64,000 nucleotides of DNA from positions 10,459 to 74,458 of IMG/VR virus record IMGVR_UViG_2799112954_000004. One strand, 5' to 3'. Below, piece after piece: positions 56,727-64,000 of the stretch. The translations under genes were made by a program, and so were the position numbers. Source of the stretch: a virus (lineage: Duplodnaviria; Caudoviricetes). How positions within the stretch are numbered: the first letter of the stretch is position 1; every line of letters begins with the position of its first letter. The notes under the pieces were generated by a model. It ran no database searches, was not told the origin of the DNA, and saw only the letters and a program-made list of their open reading frames with translations.

Positions 56727-57395
56727 TTAATCATCTCCGAATGGCAGATCATCACCTTTGTTGTCGGTGCCATCATCTGCGTCCTCGGCTTCTTCCGGCT
56801 TTTCGGGTTCGGGGAACTCGAGACCGAAATCTTTGAGCATCACCTCTCTGTTGGTGCTCTCCTGGGCCCAAATCTCGCTTCTGTCTGAGACTTGGAATGC
56901 CTTTGCCAGCACGAACGTGTTGCTCTCCTTGTCATACGTGTAGGTCACGTAATATCCAGCGAGCGCAATGCAGAAGGTGTTTTTGGCGGAAAGTCTCTGC
57001 TCACGTGTCCCTTGCTTCACCTCTGCTGCGTACTTGGCCACTTCCATAAGGATGGAGTTGTAGGCTTCCTCGGCTCGCTTCTTCATCGCCTTGATTTGCT
57101 CCAGCGTCTCTTCGAGGTTCATCTTGCGCTTTGGCACCTCATTCTCCTGCAGCACGCAGTATTCTTCTCGAATGTTATGCACTTCGTAATCGTCGAGCTT
57201 GCGTTCTGCCGTTTCGTTGGTTGGGAATGTGGCGTTGAAACACTTGCCGATGTACTTCATCGCATCGGCTGCGGTCTTTATCTTCTGACCTTTCACTTTC
57301 GTGAAGTCCAACTCTACAGGAAACAACTCTTTCTCTGCGTCGCCCAGCACATACTCAATGTGCTTAGGCTCATAATCTTTCAAATTTGCAATCAT
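56727..57395 (-). CDS. Hypothetical protein
   Basis: 222 aa, acidic DDLPF C-terminus. Confidence 0.75.
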   Translation of the reverse strand: MIANLKDYEPKHIEYVLGDAEKELFPVELDFTKVKGQKIKTAADAMKYIGKCFNATFPTNETAERKLDDYEVHNIREEYCVLQENEVPKRKMNLEETLEQIKAMKKRAEEAYNSILMEVAKYAAEVKQGTREQRLSAKNTFCIALAGYYVTYTYDKESNTFVLAKAFQVSDRSEIWAQESTNREVMLKDFGLEFPEPEKPEEAEDADDGTDNKGDDLPFGDD

Positions 57396-57415
57396 TTTTT
57401 TACTCTGAAAATTAT

Positions 57416-57853
57416 TTATAAATACTCTTGCATTCTTTCTATCTGTTGCTGAGCGTAAATCAGCATTTCGTTCTCATGCGGCTCCGGCAGGTAGAGACCT
57501 GCTACCGCACTCGAGTAGTTGCGGAACCGTTCGATAGCGGTAGTCATCTCTGCTGTCGTCAAATCACTCGAACTTCGTATAGCCTTAACTTTCTGGCCTC
57601 TCTTGTTGGTTCGTTCGACGGTGAAGATTTCAGCATTGACACGCTTCTTGAAGATTTCGTATTTCACCTCTTCCAAGGTGTAACCAAACTCAGAAGCAAA
57701 GTAACCAAGCAAGACATGCAGATAAGCGTTTTGGGAGGTGGAACGTTGACGATGCTTTCGCTTCACTTCAACGATTCCACCCTTTTTGTACTGCTCATTA
57801 CAATACTCTTTGTATTTGTCACGCTCAAATTCGTTTTCAAGATTGAATATCAT
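57416..57853 (-). CDS. NinB-like protein
   Basis: RSTSQNAYLH...SSSDLTTAEMTTAIE...LYLPEP. Confidence 0.8.
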   Translation of the reverse strand: MIFNLENEFERDKYKEYCNEQYKKGGIVEVKRKHRQRSTSQNAYLHVLLGYFASEFGYTLEEVKYEIFKKRVNAEIFTVERTNKRGQKVKAIRSSSDLTTAEMTTAIERFRNYSSAVAGLYLPEPHENEMLIYAQQQIERMQEYL

Positions 57854-57855
57854 GA

Positions 57856-58344
57856 TTAGAACGGTAAGTCATCAACTGAGCCAATCGGTACACCTTGTGC
57901 GTCAACGTTAGGTGAGAAAGGCTGTTGAGACTGAGCACTCTGCTGAGCTTGCGCTGCTGGAGCCTGCTGTGGCGCCGGCTGCTGCACTTGCTGTTGTGTC
58001 GGTTGCTGCGAGGGTTGCTGACGCTGATACGGCTCTATCTTATAGCCAGTGATGTCAGTTATCCACTTCTTCACTCCGTCCTTCTCGTAGGAACGGCCGT
58101 TGAGGGCAAACGAGACTACTACGATGTCACCAACCTTGAAATTGTCAAGCTGCGCGCAGTTCATCTGCAGAAACTGGAACTGAGGATAATTCTCGTACTT
58201 TTGGCCAGTGTACTGATCGTAGTGCGATGCGTCCTGCGATGCGTCCAACACTATCTGCCTCTTTTGAAAGGTGTTGCCACTCTTGGTTGGTATTGAGGTG
58301 GTCTGACCAATCTCAAATACCCTTCCTATAATCTGATTAGCCAT
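57856..58344 (-). CDS. DUF3127-like OB-fold ssDNA-binding protein
   Basis: MANQIIGRV...FQKRQIVL...VVVSFALNGR, Gln-rich linker, DDLPF tail. Confidence 0.85.
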   Translation of the reverse strand: MANQIIGRVFEIGQTTSIPTKSGNTFQKRQIVLDASQDASHYDQYTGQKYENYPQFQFLQMNCAQLDNFKVGDIVVVSFALNGRSYEKDGVKKWITDITGYKIEPYQRQQPSQQPTQQQVQQPAPQQAPAAQAQQSAQSQQPFSPNVDAQGVPIGSVDDLPF

Positions 58345-58345
58345 A

Positions 58346-59257
58346 TTACTTGATGCTAAATGTTATGCCATTCTCCTCGAGGAAATCTACCACCTTTGCT
58401 ATATCGTCCTCGGTTCCGGTAATCACAAACGTCTTATCCTCCTTTGCAGGAGTAGGTGCGTCGGCTCCCTGGTCGAGGGCGTCAGCGAAAGCGTCAACGG
58501 CGGAGTCGTAGTCATCATGGTGCGATGATGTCTCGGTCTCCTTTGTCTCATTCTGTGCTGGCTGCTCTGTCTGCGGTTCTGCTGATGGAGAATTGTCATT
58601 CTTCTGCTCTTCAGCTTTGGCCAGCTCTCGCTGAGCCTTTAGGCTGTTGGCATAGGAAATCGTCTCGTTGATGTCGAGATTTTCCATGTAGCGGACAACC
58701 AGCGCATCGTAATCCTCCTTGAAGGTCTTCAGCGTCTCGAGGTCTCGCTTGATGTTTGCCAGTGAGGTCTCGATGTCCTTTTGAACGGCTTTCATCGAAG
58801 TCGATTTGTTCAGCCACTTCGGGTTCCAAATCTTCTCCAGTTTCACGTGTGCGGCTTCAACACCGAGGCTTTCAGCAAGCTTTTCAATCTGCTCTTTCTT
58901 CTCGTTCTTGGCTTTCTCGTCAGCTTCCTTAACAACGGAGTCGATGTCTTTCACTGCTGAGTCGATGAGTTTCACGGTCTCACTCATCACGTCCTTGAAG
59001 CCCATGAACGGCTGCATCCATTTCTTCTCCAGCTCAATGCGCTTATCATTGAGGGCTTTCTTCGCCTTATTCAGAAGCGCTTTGTCAGCCTTAGCCTTAT
59101 CGATGTTGGCAAGGCTGTAGTTCTCGGACGTGTAATCACCGATACGGCTCTTAACGAGGTCACGTATCTGCTCTGCGTTGGTGGTGAGCGAGCCGATGGT
59201 CTCGCTCTTTATGACGAGCTGCAGGCTGCTCTCGTCGATGGTCGAAATTTCTTTCAT
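58346..59257 (-). CDS. DUF1351-like coiled-coil protein
   Basis: KADKALLNKAKKALNDKRIELEKKWMQPF. Confidence 0.75.
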   Translation of the reverse strand: MKEISTIDESSLQLVIKSETIGSLTTNAEQIRDLVKSRIGDYTSENYSLANIDKAKADKALLNKAKKALNDKRIELEKKWMQPFMGFKDVMSETVKLIDSAVKDIDSVVKEADEKAKNEKKEQIEKLAESLGVEAAHVKLEKIWNPKWLNKSTSMKAVQKDIETSLANIKRDLETLKTFKEDYDALVVRYMENLDINETISYANSLKAQRELAKAEEQKNDNSPSAEPQTEQPAQNETKETETSSHHDDYDSAVDAFADALDQGADAPTPAKEDKTFVITGTEDDIAKVVDFLEENGITFSIK

Positions 59258-60012
59258 ATTTCTGCAAAAATTTTCTTGTCTGTAATCTTATCTCTGTTTT
59301 CCTGCAAGAACCTAATGAAGTCCTCACAGTGGTTTGTCAGCTTTGGAATGTCTCTTTCCGGTCTGAATAGGTAGCACTCGTTGTACAGATCATAGCCGGT
59401 CTTTCTCCACTCGACTATGTTGTACTCGAAGTCTCTCACGTCTGCTCCGTTCTGAGCGAGCGCATACGGATAGACGATGTGCTGCCAATGGTTCTTGAAC
59501 TTTCCAAACCAATACTGGCCGGTTGTCTTCAAGTCACACGTTTTGAGAGGCATCACGTAATCGATATAACCATAGAGTAGCACGTTACCGAACGATGTCG
59601 GAAGGATGGCTTGAATGTGCTGTTGCGGTAGGCCTCCTTTATACCACGATGCAACCTCTTTGATAAGGTTCATGGGGAAGTAGAAGTCTTTGCCGTTGTA
59701 AGAGGCTTTCACCCCACAAAGCGAGCCGTTGTCGTACCATTTGGTAATCTTCATCTTCTCGCTATTCTTGAACAGCACCATACAGTCAATGACCTCGTTG
59801 AACGCCGTGCCTCTATCGGCCGCGTCGCTCTCGAACGGAACTCTGTTAATCTTGTCAATCAGCCCTTTATACTGCTTCTCTTGGAATTCATCTACGGAGA
59901 TACTTGGGTTGTCGCTCCAGCCGTAGTACCTCTCGTAGATGTCGTAGCTTTCAAGGTAATCCTCGAACGCATCCAAGAGCGTAGGATAAATCTTGTATGC
60001 TACCTTTGCCAT
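59254..60012 (-). CDS. PD-(D/E)XK-like recombination nuclease
   Basis: ADRGTAFN, LYGYIDY...DLKTT...QHIVY. Confidence 0.75.
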   Translation of the reverse strand: MAKVAYKIYPTLLDAFEDYLESYDIYERYYGWSDNPSISVDEFQEKQYKGLIDKINRVPFESDAADRGTAFNEVIDCMVLFKNSEKMKITKWYDNGSLCGVKASYNGKDFYFPMNLIKEVASWYKGGLPQQHIQAILPTSFGNVLLYGYIDYVMPLKTCDLKTTGQYWFGKFKNHWQHIVYPYALAQNGADVRDFEYNIVEWRKTGYDLYNECYLFRPERDIPKLTNHCEDFIRFLQENRDKITDKKIFAEI

Positions 60013-60013
60013 G

Positions 60014-60952
60014 TTAAGCGGTCTTTGAAGTGTACTTCTTAGCTTCCTTATCATAGACAAGGCCGAGGGCTTTCACCTTCTTGCTGAACAGGTCGCGCGC
60101 CTTGATGATTACAGAGTTGCCGTGCTGCTTGTACTCTCCGATGTGAGCAAGGAAGTGGTTGGCACCCTCAGCGTCTGTAATCTGCTCGATGGCATTCTCA
60201 ATCTCAGTGAGCACATCTTGATAGTCCTTTGCAGCCTGCTCCTTGATGTCAATCATCTTATCGTATCTGCCAAGAACCTCACGAGCGAGGAAGTCATTCT
60301 TAGCAATGGCATTGCCGTTAGCGTCATTGATGACCGGAATGTTCATGATACCGGGCATATTGCACGTATTCTTGCCATCGCTGATGTCCGTAGGGTCAAA
60401 GGTGATGGTACGCTTCTGAATACCCTGCTCATTGCGCATCTGGACGTAGCCGAGCAAATCCAACTCAGTAACGATGCTGTTGTAGTTCTTAGGACGGAGG
60501 GCCGGTACGAATACTCGGTTGTCTCCATCAGTCTGCACGTCCCGATGGGCGACGAATACCACGTTCTTGTTGAGCATCGACACCGACTGACAAAACTGCT
60601 TGAAGTCGTTGTTGATGTTACCCCAGTCTTGGATACGTGGGTTACGCTGACCGCAGCGATAGGCGATGATGAAGTCCATCATCTTACCGATGGTGTCAAT
60701 CACGATGGTGCTGTACGCTGACAAGTCCTCACGCATTACGCTCTGAACGTCCATCCAGCTTGTAACTGGAACGATGTCAACACCTGCAAGCTGTGCGTTG
60801 TTCACACGCTTGACTCCATTATCGAAGTCAAACAAAAGTGGTCTCGGCATTGAGAGTGCCAAAGTGGTCTTACCCATACCGGCCTGACCGTAGATCATCA
60901 TCTTCACGGTCTTCGAAATCTGCAACTCGGTTGCTTTCTTGATTAAACTCAT
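60014..60952 (-). CDS. Sak4/AAA_24-like recombination ATPase
   Basis: MIYGQAGMGKTT, FDFDNG, IVIDT, VFVAH. Confidence 0.88.
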   Translation of the reverse strand: MSLIKKATELQISKTVKMMIYGQAGMGKTTLALSMPRPLLFDFDNGVKRVNNAQLAGVDIVPVTSWMDVQSVMREDLSAYSTIVIDTIGKMMDFIIAYRCGQRNPRIQDWGNINNDFKQFCQSVSMLNKNVVFVAHRDVQTDGDNRVFVPALRPKNYNSIVTELDLLGYVQMRNEQGIQKRTITFDPTDISDGKNTCNMPGIMNIPVINDANGNAIAKNDFLAREVLGRYDKMIDIKEQAAKDYQDVLTEIENAIEQITDAEGANHFLAHIGEYKQHGNSVIIKARDLFSKKVKALGLVYDKEAKKYTSKTA

Positions 60953-60964
60953 AATAAAAATTAT

Positions 60965-61519
60965 TTAGATGTTAAACAAATGGTTCTTGTTTGCATATTG
61001 AATGAACTCGCTTTTCTCGTGGATGCCGAGCTTTGTATAAACCGACTTGATGTGGTTCTTTACAGTGTTAGGAGAGATATACAGCTCAGAGGAAATCTCC
61101 TCTTTGTTCTTTCCTTCATACATCAATTTCATCACCCTCAACTCCTGCCTGGAAAGCGTACTGTTGAACTTCGGTGAGCAGATTACATTCTCGAAAGCGC
61201 ACTCACCTCGGAGAGGACAGTCAACTTTCTCGAAGCAAAAGCTACCACATTTCGTAATGTCTATGGCGGTGGAGTCCAGCTTGCCGAAGTTACACTTAAC
61301 GAACCGCCTGAACATGATGAACTGGTAGTATCGAGGGTTGCCAGCGCTTTTCTTATACACCTGCTCCAATGCGTGGTATGCTTCGGGGAACTGCTCTCTG
61401 ACCATCGACAGCACTTGCTGAATCAGCTCGGTGTCGTTCTCTGTCACAGCCCAATTCCTACCGTCCTCAGACTTGCACCAAAGCTCGCTCTCGTACAGAT
61501 AGAACTCTAATCCTTCCAT
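60965..61519 (-). CDS. LuxR-type HTH transcription regulator
   Basis: C-terminal LSRQELRVMKLMYEG..KEEISSELYISPNTVKNHIKSVYTKLG. Confidence 0.88.
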   Translation of the reverse strand: MEGLEFYLYESELWCKSEDGRNWAVTENDTELIQQVLSMVREQFPEAYHALEQVYKKSAGNPRYYQFIMFRRFVKCNFGKLDSTAIDITKCGSFCFEKVDCPLRGECAFENVICSPKFNSTLSRQELRVMKLMYEGKNKEEISSELYISPNTVKNHIKSVYTKLGIHEKSEFIQYANKNHLFNI

Positions 61520-61761
61520 AGCATCTCCTTCGGTATTCCGGTTATCTCGCTCAGCATATCGACGTGCTTCTGATCGAGAGGCTTCGTCTTGCCATGTATC
61601 CAGTTGTGGGCTGTAGCACTCGATACGTTGCATTTCTGAACGATTTGGTTCACAAACTCAGTCTTCGGATAGTTGGCTTCCGGCAGACCGTTGTAATAGT
61701 CCTCGAGGGTCATTTCTTTGACTTTTTTCTCGAAACTATTTGTAGTTCGATTACTTTTCAT
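61507..61761 (-). CDS. Cro-like HTH protein
   Basis: IVQKCNVSSATAHNWIHGKTKP; first gene of leftward operon. Confidence 0.8.
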   Translation of the reverse strand: MKSNRTTNSFEKKVKEMTLEDYYNGLPEANYPKTEFVNQIVQKCNVSSATAHNWIHGKTKPLDQKHVDMLSEITGIPKEMLWKD

Positions 61762-61789
61762 TATCTTTGTAGTGCTTTAATTAGAATTA

Positions 61790-61860
61790 CAGTGTAAAGG
61801 TACTAATAATTAATTAATGTAGCAAACAAATAGCTATTTATTAGCTAAGAGTTAGCTAAA
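61790..61860. promoter_or_regulatory. Divergent switch region with triple TAGCTA operator array
   Basis: Leftward TTTG-20 nt-TACCTTTA; TAGCTA at 61831, 61842, 61853. Confidence 0.65.
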
Positions 61861-61877
61861 TTTAACAATTAAGTATT

Positions 61878-62303
61878 ATGCAGGGCTGGGAACGAGTAAA
61901 AACAATCATGGATAGGGAGAATCTGAAGATAAACCCTTTCAGCAAGAAGATTGGTCTCACTAACAATGTGACCATCAACAAAATCTTGAACGACAAGCGA
62001 AATCCTCAAAAAGGAACCCTTGTCAAAATTGCCGACGCCTTTCCTCAATATAGTAGGGAATGGATAATCTATGGCACAGGCGAAATGCTCGCAAAAGACG
62101 CTCCGGTGAAACGTACTACAGATGATATTATTGCTGATCTCACAAGTATGATGCAGCAACTAATGGAGCAGAACGAGAAAAACGCTGAAGCCAACAAACT
62201 CAACGCAGAGGCTAACATGCTCAACGCCAAAAATCTTTCGAGACTCTTAGACGAAATAACTGGCAAGGACGTACAGCGTCCTATTAACAAGAAAACAATC
62301 TGA
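61878..62303 (+). CDS. CI-like XRE HTH repressor
   Basis: Divergent from cro; FSKKIGLTNNVTINKIL, YSREWIIYGTGEM; no S24 peptidase domain. Confidence 0.8.
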   Translation: MQGWERVKTIMDRENLKINPFSKKIGLTNNVTINKILNDKRNPQKGTLVKIADAFPQYSREWIIYGTGEMLAKDAPVKRTTDDIIADLTSMMQQLMEQNEKNAEANKLNAEANMLNAKNLSRLLDEITGKDVQRPINKKTI

Positions 62304-62404
62304 AATTAGCGCACATATACTACATCAACAATAAGTATTATACAATATACGCTTCGAGGCAGTACAAAATCGCCTCCAGCAATTTTCACTTAAAACCAAT
62401 CAAT

Positions 62405-62875
62405 ATGGACTTTGGAAACTTTAAAATGATTAGAGAAGAAGAATTTCGTGAACTCATGCCACACTTAAGCAGTAGGGAATTCTTTAAGACTACCAGCCAT
62501 GAGGTAGCCGGCCGTACCTGGGAGCGTATTCCAACTGAAGTTTACGAACGAGCAAGGAAAAAGGCTGACGACTACAAAGCGAAGATGAAGAAACTTGCAG
62601 AATGCACCGAACTTAATAATAAAGGTATAGATGCAGAAAAACGTGGCGACATTGAGGAAGCAATTTCTATCTATGAGGAGAACATTGATGGCGATTGTTA
62701 CCCTGCTCAACATTCTTTTGATCGTCTTGCGATACTGTACAGAAAGACCAAACGGTATGATGACGAAATCCGAGTGCTAAAAAAGGCTTGCAAGGTCTTT
62801 AAAAAGTCGTCACGTGAAAAATATGCAAACCGCCTGGAAAAAGCCAAATTTCTCAAATCTAAAAGCAAAAAATAA
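62405..62875 (+). CDS. TPR-like hypothetical protein
   Basis: LNNKGIDAEKRGDIEEAISIYE...FDRLAILYRKTKRYDDEIRVL. Confidence 0.7.
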   Translation: MDFGNFKMIREEEFRELMPHLSSREFFKTTSHEVAGRTWERIPTEVYERARKKADDYKAKMKKLAECTELNNKGIDAEKRGDIEEAISIYEENIDGDCYPAQHSFDRLAILYRKTKRYDDEIRVLKKACKVFKKSSREKYANRLEKAKFLKSKSKK

Positions 62876-62878
62876 GCT

Positions 62879-63583
62879 ATGTTCAAGTTTAAGGAGTTTA
62901 CGAAAGACTTAAAAATAAGGCAAGTTGATTTACAACAAATTCTCCACTATTCACAGGCGAGCATATCCAAATTTTGCAGAGGAAATGCGCTTCTCTCAGA
63001 CGAGAAAATTCAGCTCCTTATTGATCACTACGGAAAGGACGTAGTGGATAAATACATTACTGATGACGTTCCAGTTACCAACACTAAAAACGTGTCAAAT
63101 TCTGGGAAATCAGAAGACGATGAACGCGATTGCTATATAAATAAAGAGGATGAATTACTGTCTATCATTAAGAAGCAGCAGGATACCATCGCAAGCCTTA
63201 TTCTTAGGATTGAGCAATCTCAGCAACAAATCACTCAGCTTATCGAACTCATAAACAAAAAAATCAACACTATGCCAAGAATGATAATCTCTCCTGAAGG
63301 CGTACAGATAACGGAACGGTACTTCCTCGCTGTGAACACGTTACGGAGGCTGAAGAAAATCCGTGGACTTCAGACCATCACACGAGAGATGGGAGCAAAC
63401 CAAGGTAACGTGCAGACCATCAAAGCCAGCCCATCAAATCACGTGCTTAAGCCGGAACTCCTTTCTTACCTCGTGCTTCATTATGGGGTATCTGCGGACT
63501 GGTTGCTTACTGGGAGGGGTGAGATGCTGCCAAACGAAAAGCAGCCGCTATCTTCTCAGACGACGGCTGCCACACACGTATGA
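62879..63583 (+). CDS. Double HTH regulator
   Basis: N-terminal XRE HTH (QVDLQQILHYSQASISKF), coiled coil, second HTH ending YGVSADWLLTGRG. Confidence 0.75.
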   Translation: MFKFKEFTKDLKIRQVDLQQILHYSQASISKFCRGNALLSDEKIQLLIDHYGKDVVDKYITDDVPVTNTKNVSNSGKSEDDERDCYINKEDELLSIIKKQQDTIASLILRIEQSQQQITQLIELINKKINTMPRMIISPEGVQITERYFLAVNTLRRLKKIRGLQTITREMGANQGNVQTIKASPSNHVLKPELLSYLVLHYGVSADWLLTGRGEMLPNEKQPLSSQTTAATHV

Positions 63584-63596
63584 TTGAACATTATCT

Positions 63597-63800
63597 TTAT
63601 GCTCTCATTCTCCAAAACTTTGTAATCTCGCTACCTAAGTAGTAAGGTCTGTAATTTCTCTTCCAAAAGCCACACTTTATGAAGTGGCCTTTGGTGTACG
63701 CTCTCAGAGTGTTCCTATGAACACCCAGCAACTCGCAAGTCTGCTTGATGGAGTACCTGCTACTCGGATCTACTTTTGGTTCTGCTGCAACCATAATCAT
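63597..63800 (-). CDS. Excisionase/MerR-like HTH protein
   Basis: YSIKQTCELLGVHRNTLRAY. Confidence 0.8.
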   Translation of the reverse strand: MIMVAAEPKVDPSSRYSIKQTCELLGVHRNTLRAYTKGHFIKCGFWKRNYRPYYLGSEITKFWRMRA

Positions 63801-64000
63801 TCCTCCACAATTACTTTCTTGTCTTTGCACTTCTTGTAGGCTACGGCTGCGCCAATCCCAAAGGGGATGGCCAGGAGTGACCAACAAAACACGACTGTCA
63901 GCGATGCCAGTACAGCGAATGCTAACAGGCATCTCTTTTGTTCCTTACTGTTCTTGTAGAATCCTGCGGACTCTAACAGAATGTTAACTAACTCTTTCAT
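63797..64000 (-). CDS. Small membrane protein (may extend beyond window)
   Basis: CLLAFAVLASLTVVFCWSLLAIPFGIGAAVAY. Confidence 0.55.
   Translation of the reverse strand: MKELVNILLESAGFYKNSKEQKRCLLAFAVLASLTVVFCWSLLAIPFGIGAAVAYKKCKDKKVIVEE

Noticed and set aside
57-61500. Many long plus-strand ORFs in the track (e.g. 19116-20678, 7425-8462, 21186-21920)
   Set aside because: They are antisense shadows of convincing minus-strand genes, have no recognisable motifs and lack plus-strand promoters
1-64000. Reverse transcriptase, template repeat, integrase, pfs, holin/endolysin
   Set aside because: No ORF with the relevant motifs was recognised in this window; they may lie outside it

Overview
This window is most of a temperate, long-tailed (siphovirus-like) phage or prophage of a Bacteroidales host (Prevotella/Segatella-like), inferred from Bacteroidetes-type TTTG...TAnnTTTG promoters and A-rich, SD-less start regions. 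Nearly all genes are on the minus strand. From right to left the order is: regulatory switch (Cro/CI-like HTHs), recombination/replication, nucleotide-metabolism accessory genes, a PRTRC ubiquitin-like cassette, a SAM module (metK, luxS), a DNA-modification pair, terminase, portal, MuF, capsid, neck, tail, tape measure and very large tail proteins that run off the left edge. Integrase, lysis genes and any reverse transcriptase are not visible. The most striking unexplained signals are five. (1) Seven dispersed copies of one promoter-operator-leader unit sit in front of accessory/anti-defence genes, and a ~100-nt small RNA (31924-32025) carries two seeds antisense to that leader and to the target start codons. 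(2) An RlmN-like radical SAM enzyme has its methyl-carrier AACGQL motif on a separate 40-aa peptide and has lost the resolving cysteine. (3) A second palindromic promoter class precedes late/replication operons. (4) Four tRNA-like folds lie in leaders or intergenic spaces. (5) An apparent DGR variable region has no RT in the window. Family assignments come from motif recognition only; no searches were run.
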